Assembly: GCA_964016885.1 (NCBI GenBank)
Contig: OZ024741.1
Span: 156,736,001-156,800,000 of the forward strand
Reading direction: 5' to 3'
Length of the DNA stretch: 64,000 bases
Origin: Eledone cirrhosa
Taxonomy: Eukaryota
The notes beneath the pieces are model-generated. The model searched no databases and was not told the DNA's origin. It saw only the letters and a program-made list of their open reading frames with translations. A program made the translations under genes and the position numbers. Shown here piece after piece: positions 28,960 to 41,492 of the stretch (its first letter is position 1; the number at the start of each line of letters is the position of its first letter).

Positions 28960-30535
28960 TTAAACTTAAAGAACAATTAGAAGACCCCTTAACCCTGATA
29001 ATGTACTCCCGCTACATTGATGATATAAACATCGTAGTTAAGACACCCCCAATAGAGAACAGTCAGGAACTAGAGAAAAACACAATGGAAAGCATCCAGC
29101 AAATAGCTAACTCAATCCACCAGCGTATTAGAGTTACTATAGACTACCCAAGTAAATACCCCAACCATAGATTACCTGTACTAGACACAGAGCTCAGGTT
29201 AGATACCATTAATAACAAAAAACAAATCCTCCATTCCTATTATGCCAAACCCATGACTTCCAAACATCTGATCCACCGAAACTCGGCCGTTTCGGACCAT
29301 ACCAAAATCAACATACTGATTGCGGATTTGGTACGGGTGATGAGAAACGTGTCCCGCATGTTCAACCCCGAAGAACTAGAGAGACACATACAACACTTCA
29401 TCCACCGTATGCAGTTCTCTGGCTACAATCAGAGAGATAAAATCAGAGTGTATAGAGGAGCCAGAACCAAATGGGAAAAAATGGTAAATAATGACATAAA
29501 TGGGACCTGCCCCTTGTATAGGAGCAAATTTTGGAATAGAATAGAAAGAACCAGGAACAAGGCTAATAGAATAAACTCATGGTATGATAGCAATAAATAC
29601 CAGAGTGTAATGTTCATCGATACAACCCCTAGAGGTGAATTAGCTTACAAATTTAGAAGGGCCCTAGATAAACATAAACTCAATATTAAGATAGTAGAAA
29701 GACCAGGTACCTACGTAAAAACACTTATTAGCAAGACATACCCTTTTCAAAGACCCTCATGTATAGATAAGAAATGTATAACCTGTAAAATAAGCCCCAA
29801 TATTAACTGTAAAACTAGAAATGTAGTGTATAGCATAAGATGTACTGAAGGACAATGTAGAGACAAAAATATAGTGTACATAGGTGAGACAGCTCGTAGT
29901 GTAGGGGAACGGATAAATGAAGACTGGCGAGACCTTCAAGATAGTAAAGAATCATCTGTACTCTACCAACATGCTAAAATAGAACATAAGGGTAAATTAG
30001 AGAACATAGAAATAAAAATAGAATCTACACACAGAAAAGACGCAATGTTTAGACAAATCACAGAGGCAATAAACATAAAAGAATTACAACCAAAATTAAA
30101 TAGAAAATATGAGTGGAACAGCAACATCACAACTTACAATTAAGGACAAAATGAATACACACACATAGAACAAACAACCAACCAGTAACATGTAAATAAA
30201 CAAATAAATAAATGAACATAAACACACACAGACACCTGGATGTGGCGCATGCGCAGACTGAGCACACAACACACACACAGAAACAAAATGGCGTAGGACA
30301 GAACAAAGGAGAGGCACAAAAACAAAGAAAGGAATCCCCAGTCACTGAAGAGGTCACAGAGTGTGTGACGAAAGAACTATGACAATATATAAACTATCTG
30401 GTTCTGGAACCAACCAACCAACCAGAAATTTATAAATTTATAAATTTATTATAAATTTATTATAATAAATTGAAGTGAAAGCAACTGGTGCGTGTGTTTC
30501 TTATTGGCAACATGACCCTCCCAAAGTACAACAAT
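28960..30535 (+). mobile_element. 5'-truncated PLE (C-terminal RT, GIY-YIG, 3' UTR)
   Basis: YSRYIDD, LPVLD, YAKPM, CIDKKCITC, VVYSIRC..YIGETARSVGERINE, stop at 30143. HHR in the UTR; (TA)n on both sides. Confidence 0.88.
30341..30383 (+). ncRNA. Type I hammerhead ribozyme in the PLE 3' UTR
   Basis: gtca CTGAAGA g-gtcaca-gagtg-tgtgac GAAA gaac TA tgac. Confidence 0.75.
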
Positions 30536-30577
30536 ATATATATATACATATATGTATATACATATATATATATATAT

Positions 30578-31195
30578 GGTTGTTTACAAACGCACCGAGC
30601 ATTATAATAAATGTTCGGTGAATCCATACGTACATATATATATATGTGTGCATGTATGTATATATATATATACATACTACTGTACGTCTGTATACATATA
30701 TGTATATACGTGTACATACTTACATTTAAGTAACAGCCGTACTAAGAGTGGGAATTGAAATTTCGTTTCATTTTTTCCGTTTATCGTTTTCGGTGCACCC
30801 GGCCGATTAATCCACTCGATATGCAAATTGGGCTACTCAGCCGTTAATATGCATAAGGTAAGTATATACCTTCAACAATCTGGCAGGAGGGTATATGTTG
30901 CTGACGATAGCTAATAAGCTTGAAACTAGTACAGCGTTCCTTTGTCAGTGTTGAAGAAACGAGCAACGATGGTTGCTAGACACTACGGCTTAATAAGAGA
31001 TGTTTGTTTACAAACACACCGAGCATTATAATAAATGTTCGGTGAATCCATACGTACATATATATATGTGTGCATGTATGTATATATATATACATACTAC
31101 TGTACGTCTGTATACATACTTATATTTACATACTTATATTTAAATAACAGCCGTGCTAAGAGTGGGAAATGAAATTTCGTTTCATTTTTTCCGTT
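30578..31195 (+). mobile_element. Retrozyme-like partial tandem repeat, family 2 (period about 424 bp)
   Basis: tgtttacaaac at 30581 and 31005; HHR at 30896-30936; inverted homolog at 51977-52635; no credible ORF; flanked by (TA)n. Confidence 0.75.
30896..30936 (+). ncRNA. Type I hammerhead ribozyme
   Basis: tgttg CTGACGA t-agct-aata-agct-t GAAA ctag TA cagcg. Confidence 0.8.
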
Positions 31196-31222
31196 TATAT
31201 ATATATATATATATGTATATAC

Positions 31223-31339
<117 letters not shown>

Positions 31340-32044
31340 AATCATGAATTAGTTTTATGTTTACTGTAATCATACGTGTCTGGCATAAATGTATTGTATA
31401 TCAAATATACGTTCGTAAGTTTCATTAAATTATTTTAGATTTTATTCTGTGGGAGAGAACTTGTAATCACGTGGTTCAAAAAGAACTTCTTAACTACACA
31501 GTCATATGTAACCCTATATACTTAACTATAATAAAGGGTGAAGCGCGGGACTGCGTCCAGAATATATTTTTTTATCCCGTTAGTAAAATAAGTTGGATTA
31601 CTTTGAATAAATAATGAATGAACATTACATAATTTATGTATTAAATTTCGTAACTCTTGATTAAATATAAATAATTTTATTGCTTATTTTAAGATTCACT
31701 TCTTTCAAATGTTCAAATGTCAGCACTTCCGATTAGCGTCCGTTATATTATATTATAACATTTATTACATCGCTTATATAAACATTCATATATTTCCGTC
31801 GCTAATTTTCTCCTAATGCAGTTTATATATAGTATAATATCGTCGTTACTAAAGTGTTTCATGGATTACTTTACTGCTTACAGAAGAGAGTGTAACACAG
31901 ACTTCTTTCAATGTCTGTGTTTATTGTCAATTACGATTTCATTTGGTGTATCATATATATATATATAATTGCGTATAATATCAATATACACACTACACAT
32001 GCCAGCAGAAAACCACCTGAAGGGTGGTTTTCTGCTATTATAAT

Positions 32045-32232
32045 ATAATTGTTTCTACTTTTGGCACAAGGCCAGCAATTACCCAGTCCATTACTGGTAC
32101 TTTATTTTATCGACCCCGTAAGGATGAAAGGCAAAGTCAACCTCGGCGGCATTTGAACTCAGACCGTAAAGGGACGTAACTATGCTGCAAAGCATGGCGT
32201 CCGACCCTCTACCGATACTGCCAATCCACCGC
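32045..32232 (-). mobile_element. tRNA-derived SINE, family A
   Basis: Closely similar to 2682-2872. Confidence 0.85.
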
Positions 32233-32964
32233 TATTATAATATAATACTGAGATTACTCTCTATTACGATTCTGAATAAACGAATTTAATTTTAACCTGT
32301 TGACTTACACATCTTGTTTTAAATTACTCAGGAGGAATCAGACTTACCTGCGCACTTCGTTGAATGCCTACATACCTACATACTGAAGTATCGGTAAGCA
32401 ACCAACACAAACTCAAATTTATAGCCATTGGCTTGTTTGTCTGTCCCGGTTGCACGTGCGTCGTAAACCCTTTTGGATTAACTCCCTTTCTCTTCTCATT
32501 CCCTTTTCTCTCTATCCCTCTTACTCACCCGCTCTGCCTTCAACCCCATCTCACTTCCGGTTTCTCCGTCTTTCTCTCTCTCTACACTAACTTTACTGAG
32601 AATAGTCACGGATTCACCTGCTCCTCTGTTATTATGGCCTCCGGGCTTAAACCCAGCGGCTTTGTTTAACTTCATCTATCTTCTCTTCGGTTATTCACTT
32701 ACATGTGCCATTGTCCTGTGTTCCTCCTTCTATCGGTATGTTTACTTCGTTTTTTTCCTTTTTTTCTTCTCCCCCTTTTTTCTTTCTTTCTCTCTCTTCC
32801 CTATCACTTCTTTCCCTCGTGGCTTTTTGATAGATAAAAGGCTCTGGGCGCGCTATGGATCGATGTTTTGTTTATAATGCGCCGAAACATCCATGATCCG
32901 TAGTAAACAGCTGATATCTTGTTTGTGTCGCCTTATCTTCTAACACTATATATATATATATATA

Positions 32965-33830
32965 GTGGTAGAACACTGGAAGGTTATATCCGTAGTGGTA
33001 TAGCGCTCAGTCCATGGGACGAGTTAGGTAGAAGTGGTTACACAACAATTAGTTCACCATACCGAGAACAATTGTTTCACCTTAGCGGATCCTCAGCTCG
33101 TAATGGACATGGTTATACGGAACAGGAAGGACAACCGTACGAACGCGCATGCGCAGAAACGATCACTTCACACAGGCAATACTAAAGTGCGTGCAAGACG
33201 TGTAAGGGAGATAACTGCGAAAGTCCGAAAGTTTCTAGTTGATAAGAAAATTAGGATGTTGTTGTAATTCAATCCGGAGCTTTGTAGTTATGTAAGAGGT
33301 GTTTCCAGACGTGTGGACAACGTGTGAAGAATTCATTTCTCGTGTTTAGGCAATCACTATTGCATAATCTCTTTAGAATATTTATTCGTTCATCAATACA
33401 TAGTGCACACGACGGATTGCCCCTTGCGTATGGCTTGATTTTAGTGATGGCTATCCATGGTATGGAGTAGTCTATACTTGAGTCCTTGAGGGACCATACG
33501 TGGCTCGCGAGTTTCGTGGATGAACGTCTGTCCGGGTACCTAAATGTCGACTGGTGGTTCAGGAAGCGTTCCTTAAATCGGCCTTCCACCATACCCACAT
33601 AGGATTTGACCTCCTGTGATTGATTTGGTCGGTTGGAAGTGACCACTACTTCATAAACTACAGCGGGTGTGTTGCATTGCTGTTGAAGGGGACAAGCTTC
33701 GGGCTTATGGCAAGAGCACCCTGGTGGGTATTGCTCTTAGGGCTGTTGGTGATGTGGGCCTTTATGTTCTTAGCGCAGGAGTATCCTAGTTTTACTTTGT
33801 GTCGGTTTAAGATGGAGCGGTATTTATGAC
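32965..33830 (-). mobile_element. 5'-truncated PLE: GIY-YIG domain plus 3' UTR
   Basis: ORF 33269-33646: SYVGM..FKERFLNH..TKLASHVWSLK..CALCIDE..LNTRNE..CPH. HHR downstream in sense orientation. Confidence 0.85.
33063..33100 (-). ncRNA. Type I hammerhead ribozyme
   Basis: cgag CTGAGGA tcc-gctaa-ggt GAAA caattg TT ctcg. Confidence 0.75.
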
Positions 33831-33853
33831 TATGGGAAAGTGTCTATCTAAGA

Positions 33854-33901
<48 letters not shown>

Positions 33902-34502
33902 ATTTCTTCTCTCACTCCCTTTCTCTCTTTCTCTCCCGCTCTCTCTCTATCTTTCTCTTTCTCTCACTCCCTCCCACGTGTACAATCACACATATGGCTT
34001 TCACATTTTCCGTCTACCAGATTTGTTTCTAAAGGCATTGTATAACCCGAGGTTATAGTAGAAGTGACTTGTCGGATGTGCCACACCGACGGATTGAACC
34101 AGAGAAAGATATTTTATCCTTAATCATCGAAGCCTACATTCACATTTCTGTGGTCACAGTTTCAGTCTTTATATTATTACACTTTGTGGAATGTAAAATA
34201 TCCGAAATGCTATATTTTTCCTCCATGCTGCAAATCAAGATACTGAAATTAGCTTTATTTTCTTTGCGAATATTTACACATTAGTTTTCCTGTGGCTTTG
34301 TTTTCTCGTTTACTACGGTTTAGTCAGGCTCTGTATATGCGTGACCACATCGAGACTCCCCAACAATCGAGCCGATCACCACTACTACTAATACACTGTG
34401 TCATTTCTGACCTGGAGTTGAAACAAAAAACAGCAAAATGACGATAAACACACAGGTGTATATACATAAATGTGTGTATGTGTCTGTCCTAGCGTGCTTG
34501 TG

Positions 34503-34575
<73 letters not shown>

Positions 34576-34764
34576 CAAAGGTATATATTGAGTTAGGAAC
34601 TCAAAATAGTCTCGTACAACAAAATAGCTCTAAGAATGAGATATTTCCGAGCCGTAAATTGAGACAAGCAACAAATCCAATTGTCTATAGTTAGTATTCT
34701 TTTCACCCTAGCGAATCTGAACACATATATGTATATATCTGTATTCGTTGTTCTTTTATATTCT

Positions 34765-34947
<183 letters not shown>

Positions 34948-34985
34948 AGTAAGTATGTTTTGAAACAGTGAGCGAGGAGTTTGAA

Positions 34986-35189
34986 ATTAGAAAATATATA
35001 GCTTTCACCGTATTTTTGACTAAAGGAATTTTAGCTTGATAACGGGGTTTAGAACCCTCAGATAAATGGAAAAAGATGAACATTGACGTCAATGCTCATC
35101 TTTTTCCATTTATCTGAGGGTTCTAAACCCCGTTATCAAGCTAAAATTCCTTTAGTCAAAAATACGGTGAAAGCTATATATTTTCTAAT
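34986..35189. repeat. 204-bp loopless palindrome
   Basis: 102-bp arms centred on gac|gtc (35087/35088), with one mismatch seen (35080/35095). Confidence 0.92.
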
Positions 35190-35447
35190 ATATATATATA
35201 TATATATCAAAGTAAACGAGTTACCGTTTAAGGTTATCTAAGGTCAGGTTCCGAGTCATCTGTACCAAGGAATATTTCAACGTGCAGTATTAGTTGAATC
35301 AACAAGATGTATACTCAGTTAGTTTTTTCAGAGGCTGGATTCCGGAAAGTTCCGACGTTAGTAGTTCTTAGAGTACTAACAACGGGTAAAGGATTATTAA
35401 CACAGATAAGCGATATAATAGTGTTTTATTCCAAGTATTAACATATG

Positions 35448-35684
35448 TTTCATCACTAAGTTTGCTATTGATTATCTCTTGAAATCGCTATCGTCAATAG
35501 TTGATTGTTTATTGCGATATTCGCTGTTAGATACACAGAATAATGCAGACACTTGACGAATTATCAAAACATTCGACTAGTGTCTGCATTATTCTGTGTA
35601 TTTAAAATCGAATATCGCAATAACCAATCAATTTTTGACGATAGCGATTTCAAGACATAATCAATTGGATACTAAGCGATGAAA
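35448..35684. repeat. Imperfect long inverted repeat
   Basis: cttgaaatcgctatcgtcaa pairs with ttgacgatagcgatttcaag, and atacacagaataatgcagacact with agtgtctgcattattctgtgtat. Confidence 0.85.
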
Positions 35685-35689
35685 TGAAA

Positions 35690-35899
35690 CGTTTTTTTTT
35701 AAATATTTACTTCTGCGTTCACAGATTGACTTTTTTAGTTTCAGAAGATCCCGTTAAGGGTGAAAGCAGCGATTCTTTGCTTAAACTTTAATCTGTTATT
35801 TTAATAAATATTTGCTCTACGGTTCTCTTATATATTTGATATATATTTATCCTTATCGAGCCCTCTTCGGATTTTAGTCTTCAAATGTATTATTATTAC

Positions 35900-35900
<1 letters not shown>
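35690..35900 (+). mobile_element. Solo pLTR-like copy of the CAGAAGA-hammerhead family
   Basis: Near-identical to about 5215-5420; ends in attattact followed by (TA)n. Confidence 0.8.
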
Positions 35901-35979
<79 letters not shown>

Positions 35980-36058
35980 GTTGAAAATGAACAAACAAAA
36001 TACAGGAGGTAATTGTACACAGTTATATTAGCTTCGCGCTTGGTGGAAGTGGAGCAGG

Positions 36059-36094
36059 TTTCAACGTTTCGGACAGAAATCCTTCATCAGGAAA
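36059..36094 (-). ncRNA. Minimal hammerhead ribozyme in a probable PLE 3' UTR remnant (about 35980-36900)
   Basis: tttc CTGATGA a-gga-tttctg-tcc GAAA cg TT gaaa. The upstream minus strand is C-rich, like 21700-23190. Confidence 0.7.
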
Positions 36095-38353
36095 GTTCCG
36101 ATAGGGGAAGAACAGGAATTCCGCGGAGGAGTAAAGAGGGTTTAAGGAGGGAAGTTAAAAGGTAAAAAATAGAAAATAAAAAAATAATGATAAAAATAAA
36201 AATAAAAGGGATAGGGGGTATGGGTCCAGTGTAGAGGGTAGGGATGGCATGGGTGTGGTAATGTGTGAGTAGGTGGGTTGAAGAGGAGAAGGGGGGAGGG
36301 TAGTGGGGGATGCAAAAGTACTCAGAGTCTAGGAAGAGACGGCAGAGGGTAAAGTGTGTGTGTATGCGTGTGGATGTAAGTATGTGTGTCTGACAAGAAG
36401 CCAGTGTGTGAGAACGTGTGTTAAATAGTAAGTAAAAACACGTGAGTTGGTATGTATATAAATGTTGTGGGTTAGTATATTGGTGTTGGTATGTGTGTAC
36501 GTGTGTCGTTTCGTGTATGTGTGGGAGTGGTATACATGTCTGAGCGTGTGTATGTTCCTGTATGGGTTTTGGCGTGTGTGGGTGGTCAGGAATGGGACTT
36601 GGATAGTCAGGATCGAAACGCGGAGTCGAAACAAAGGTTGATGGCGATGAACGTGGAAAGAGGAAGCGAAATAGATGTAGTGAAGCATGCAGACTGGAAT
36701 GAGTGGACAGTCAGAAGCAGAGAGGGTAAGAGGAGGAAGTAGTAGCAAAAAGAAAAAGTGTGGGTGAGGTGACAATGGCTTCTATATGTGTGTGTGGGAA
36801 GAGGAGTATGTATGGAGGAGTTAGCGGTTGTGATAACAGGCAGGTGTGTGTGAGTGAATGAAATGCGAGTTGCGTGTGTATGTGTATGTATGTATAGAGG
36901 TATGTGTTTGTGTGTGTATATAATACAGTGGTTTTATGTGTAGATATTTCCGGTGCGTGTAGGACATTCCGTCTCGCTCACTGTTTAGATATATACATAG
37001 TCGTATGTATGCCTACATACTGAATGCATGTATGTGTTTCAGTGTATAAGTGCGTGTATGTTTGTGTTTAGTGTACGAATGAATTGGACCTTGCTCCCAT
37101 TTCGGTTGAGTTGCTCTATTGGAATGAGTTGATGAGCTATTTCTAGCTCTCCCATCTGTCCACGACGCCAAAAAATGCTTTCATTACAGAGGGTGTCATT
37201 TGCCTGTATTAAAACAGTTAAGAATTAGTTATTCAACTGATTTCCTTATGGACAGTTTATATTTTGTTGTACTAGAAAAAAATACATTTTATACTGAGGA
37301 AAACCTGAAGTATTTAATTCAATAATTCAACCTTGTTTATTTTAACCATGGTAGCTGGTGGAATTTTAGTTGTGTAGATATACTTTTAGTATAACAAGTA
37401 ATATAAACAATATTTTTATATTCTAATTACTTTTGAACCTTGTCATAAATAGTACAATATATAATTAATTTTGTTTCTGTAATATTCTATCATAAGTGTG
37501 CTCTGGTATAGGGGGTTTTGTATCCTATTTCTATTGAGCTATATACAGAACAATGAAATCGAGATGTTTTAATTTTAATATATATATATATTCGATATAT
37601 CTCATATGAAATAATACAGTCAATTTTCCACACAATACAATTAGTTAGCACCCCGAACGTTTAATTAAGAATATACTCACTTATTTCCTAATGTTTGTTG
37701 AGTGAGTTGGGATTTGGCCTGAGCATCGCTATTAGCGTTCTCCGATAATGTATTTATATATATATATATATATACATGTGCGTGTGTGTATATGTATGTG
37801 AAGATCATCATCATCATCGTCTCACGGCATTGTGTGCGTGTGATATTCCAATGTCGTGTACTGAGTAGATGTTTAGATTAAACGTCTGTCCATATATGAA
37901 AAATAATAATTACTAAAATAATAATCATCTTTTCATATTAATTGCTAATTTGCATTTCACACAATTTTACACTCTCATCAAAATTTCGGTGTAATCGAAG
38001 ATTGACTTTTTATCGAAATTTGAATATCGAATGTATTGGTACGGGGGGGGGGGGGGGGGGGGGCTTTATATCTCTTTTACTGTTTTCCTTATTTTCTATA
38101 AACTATATCCGTGTATATGTTTATGACTGCACCGTGTAACAACCGGTGTCTGTTTATTATATAGGAGTTCAACGAATAGAGATCGATAAAATACGTATCA
38201 GGTTCTATTTCTGGTTCGGCAATTCCGTTTCGCAACCACATGGATGTTGGTATTTTCCAACTGCGTGAGTCTTGGACAAGTCTTATCTACTATGGCCTCT
38301 GGTTGACCAATGTCTTCAAAGAAATTTGCTGCACAAAAACTGCGGAGGCCTCG

Positions 38354-38393
<40 letters not shown>

Positions 38394-38513
38394 TATAGAC
38401 ATAGAATATTCGAAAATATTCTGTATGTTTATAATAAACATTTTGAAGACCTAATCGCTATAGAATAGAATACGTCACGTATTACAATTAGATTCTCGAT
38501 AAAAGCAAGGGAA

Positions 38514-39796
38514 GTAATCTACGCGTTTCATTCTCGTTAGAAATCATCAGGACTACATATCCAGTGCTTTTATCGAGAATGACACAGCTAGAGACTTATA
38601 GAATACTTAGCTGTGTACAGGAACTGGTTTGAAAGAGCGGTTGCCGGTCCGGCAGAAATTAGAAATTGGAATAAATGCTCTGAAATAGCGATATATATGT
38701 GAATATAGACATAGAATATTCGAAAATATTCTGTATGTTTATAATAAACATTTTGAAGACCTAATCGCTATAGAATAGAATACGTCACGTATTACAATTA
38801 GATTCTCGATAAAAGCAAGGGAAGTAATCTACGCGTTTCATTCTCGTTAGAAATCATCAGGACTACATATCCAGTGCTTTTATCGAGAATGACACAGCTA
38901 GAGACTTATAGAATACTTAGCTGTGTACAGGAACTGGTTTGAAAGAGCGGTTGCCGGTCCGGCAGAAATTAGAAATTGGAATAAATGCTCTGAAATAGCG
39001 ATATATATGTGAATATAGACATAGAATATTCGAAAATATTCTGTATGTTTATAATAAACATTTTGAAGACCTAATCGCTATAGAATAGAATACGTCACGT
39101 ATTACAATTAGATTCTCGATAAAAGCAAGGGAAGTAATCTACGCGTTTCATTCTCGTTAGAAATCATCAGGACTACATATCCAGTGCTTTTATCGAGAAT
39201 GACACAGCTAGAGACTTATAGAATACTTAGCTGTGTACAGGAACTGGTTTGAAAGAGCGGTTGCCGGTCCGGCAGAAATTAGAAATTGGAATAAATGCTC
39301 TGAAATAGCGATATATATGTGAATATAGACATAGAATATTCGAAAATATTCTGTATGTTTATAATAAACATTTTGAAGACCTAATCGCTATAGAATAGAA
39401 TACGTCACGTATTACAATTAGATTCTCGATAAAAGCAAGGGAAGTAATCTACGCGTTTCATTCTCGTTAGAAATCATCAGGACTACATATCCAGTGCTTT
39501 TATCGAGAATGACACAGCTAGAGACTTATAGAATACTTAGCTGTGTACAGGAACTGGTTTGAAAGAGCGGTTGCCGGTCCGGCAGAAATTAGAAATTGGA
39601 ATAAATGCTCTGAAATAGCGATATATATGTGAATATAGACATAGAATATTCGAAAATATTCTGTATGTTTATAATAAACATTTTGAAGACCTAATCGCTA
39701 TAGAATAGAATACGTCACGTATTACAATTAGATTCTCGATAAAAGCAAGGGAAGTAATCTACGCGTTTCATTCTCGTTAGAAATCATCAGGACTAC
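38514..39796 (-). ncRNA. Five hammerhead ribozymes (38514-38556, 38824-38866, 39134-39176, 39444-39486, 39754-39796)
   Basis: Reverse complement of gtagtc CTGATGA tttct-aacg-agaat GAAA cgcg TA gattac. Confidence 0.88.
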
Positions 39797-40342
39797 ATAT
39801 CCAGTGCTTTTATCGAGAATGACACAGCTAGAGACTTATAGAATACTTAGCTGTGTACAGGAACTGGTTTGAAAGAGCGGTTGCCGGTCCGGCAGAAATT
39901 AGAAATTGGAATAAATGCTCTGAAATAGCGATATATATGTGAATATAGACATAGAATATTCGAAAATATTCTGTATGTTTATAATAAACATTTTGAAGAC
40001 CTAATCGCTATAGAATAGAATACGTCACGTATTACAATTAGATTCTCGATAAAAGCAAGGGAAGTAATCTACGCGTTTCATTGCTTTTATCGAGAATCTA
40101 ATTGTAATACGTGACGTATTCTATTCTATAGCGATTAGGTCTTCAAAATGTTTATTATAAACATACAGAATATTTTCGAATATTCTATGTCTATATTCAC
40201 ATATATATCGCTATTTCAGAGCATTTATTCCAATTTCTAATTTCTGCCGGACCGGCAACCGCTCTTTCAAACCAGTTCCTGTACACAGCTAAGTATTCTA
40301 TAAGTCTCTAGCTGTGTCATTCTCGATAAAAGCACTGGATAT

Positions 40343-41315
40343 GTAGTCCTGATGATTTCTAACGAGAATGAAACGCGTAGATTACTTCCCTTGCTTTTAT
40401 CGAGAATCTAATTGTAATACGTGACGTATTCTATTCTATAGCGATTAGGTCTTCAAAATGTTTATTATAAACATACAGAATATTTTCGAATATTCTATGT
40501 CTATATTCACATATATATCGCTATTTCAGAGCATTTATTCCAATTTCTAATTTCTGCCGGACCGGCAACCGCTCTTTCAAACCAGTTCCTGTACACAGCT
40601 AAGTATTCTATAAGTCTCTAGCTGTGTCATTCTCGATAAAAGCACTGGATATGTAGTCCTGATGATTTCTAACGAGAATGAAACGCGTAGATTACTTCCC
40701 TTGCTTTTATCGAGAATCTAATTGTAATACGTGACGTATTCTATTCTATAGCGATTAGGTCTTCAAAATGTTTATTATAAACATACAGAATATTTTCGAA
40801 TATTCTATGTCTATATTCACATATATATCGCTATTTCAGAGCATTTATTCCAATTTCTAATTTCTGCCGGACCGGCAACCGCTCTTTCAAACCAGTTCCT
40901 GTACACAGCTAAGTATTCTATAAGTCTCTAGCTGTGTCATTCTCGATAAAAGCACTGGATATGTAGTCCTGATGATTTCTAACGAGAATGAAACGCGTAG
41001 ATTACTTCCCTTGCTTTTATCGAGAATCTAATTGTAATACGTGACGTATTCTATTCTATAGCGATTAGGTCTTCAAAATGTTTATTATAAACATACAGAA
41101 TATTTTCGAATATTCTATGTCTATATTCACATATATATCGCTATTTCAGAGCATTTATTCCAATTTCTAATTTCTGCCGGACCGGCAACCGCTCTTTCAA
41201 ACCAGTTCCTGTACACAGCTAAGTATTCTATAAGTCTCTAGCTGTGTCATTCTCGATAAAAGCACTGGATATGTAGTCCTGATGATTTCTAACGAGAATG
41301 AAACGCGTAGATTAC
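40343..41315 (+). ncRNA. Four hammerhead ribozymes (40343-40385, 40653-40695, 40963-41005, 41273-41315)
   Basis: gtagtc CTGATGA tttct-aacg-agaat GAAA cgcg TA gattac. Stem I is extended by 16 bp (attctcgataaaagca/tgcttttatcgagaat). Confidence 0.88.
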
Positions 41316-41492
41316 TTCCCTTGCTTTTATCGAGAATCTAATTGTAATACGTGACGTATTCTATTCTATAGCGATTAGGTCTTCAAAATGTTTATTATAA
41401 ACATACAGAATATTTTCGAATATTCTATGTCTATATTCACATATATATCGCTATTTCAGAGCATTTATTCCAATATATATATATATATATAT

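Larger units (their letters stand above)
38390..41474. mobile_element. Retrozyme-like array: about ten 310-bp hammerhead-containing units in two divergent arms
   Basis: gaatatagac recurs at 38391, 38701, 39011, 39321, 39631 and 39941. Orientation flips at 40081-40082. One HHR per unit; no ORF; (TA)n on both flanks. Confidence 0.9.

Noticed and set aside
32340-32352. acttacctg resembling the U1 snRNA 5' end
   Set aside because: The downstream sequence does not match U1; it resembles the repeat tail at 50755-50815.
32826-32920. Hairpin followed by aaacagctga, a possible HHR relic
   Set aside because: No CUGANGA core can be identified.
38390-41474. CRISPR array or plain satellite interpretation of the 310-bp repeats
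   Set aside because: No unique spacers and no cas genes; the context is eukaryotic and each unit holds a hammerhead.
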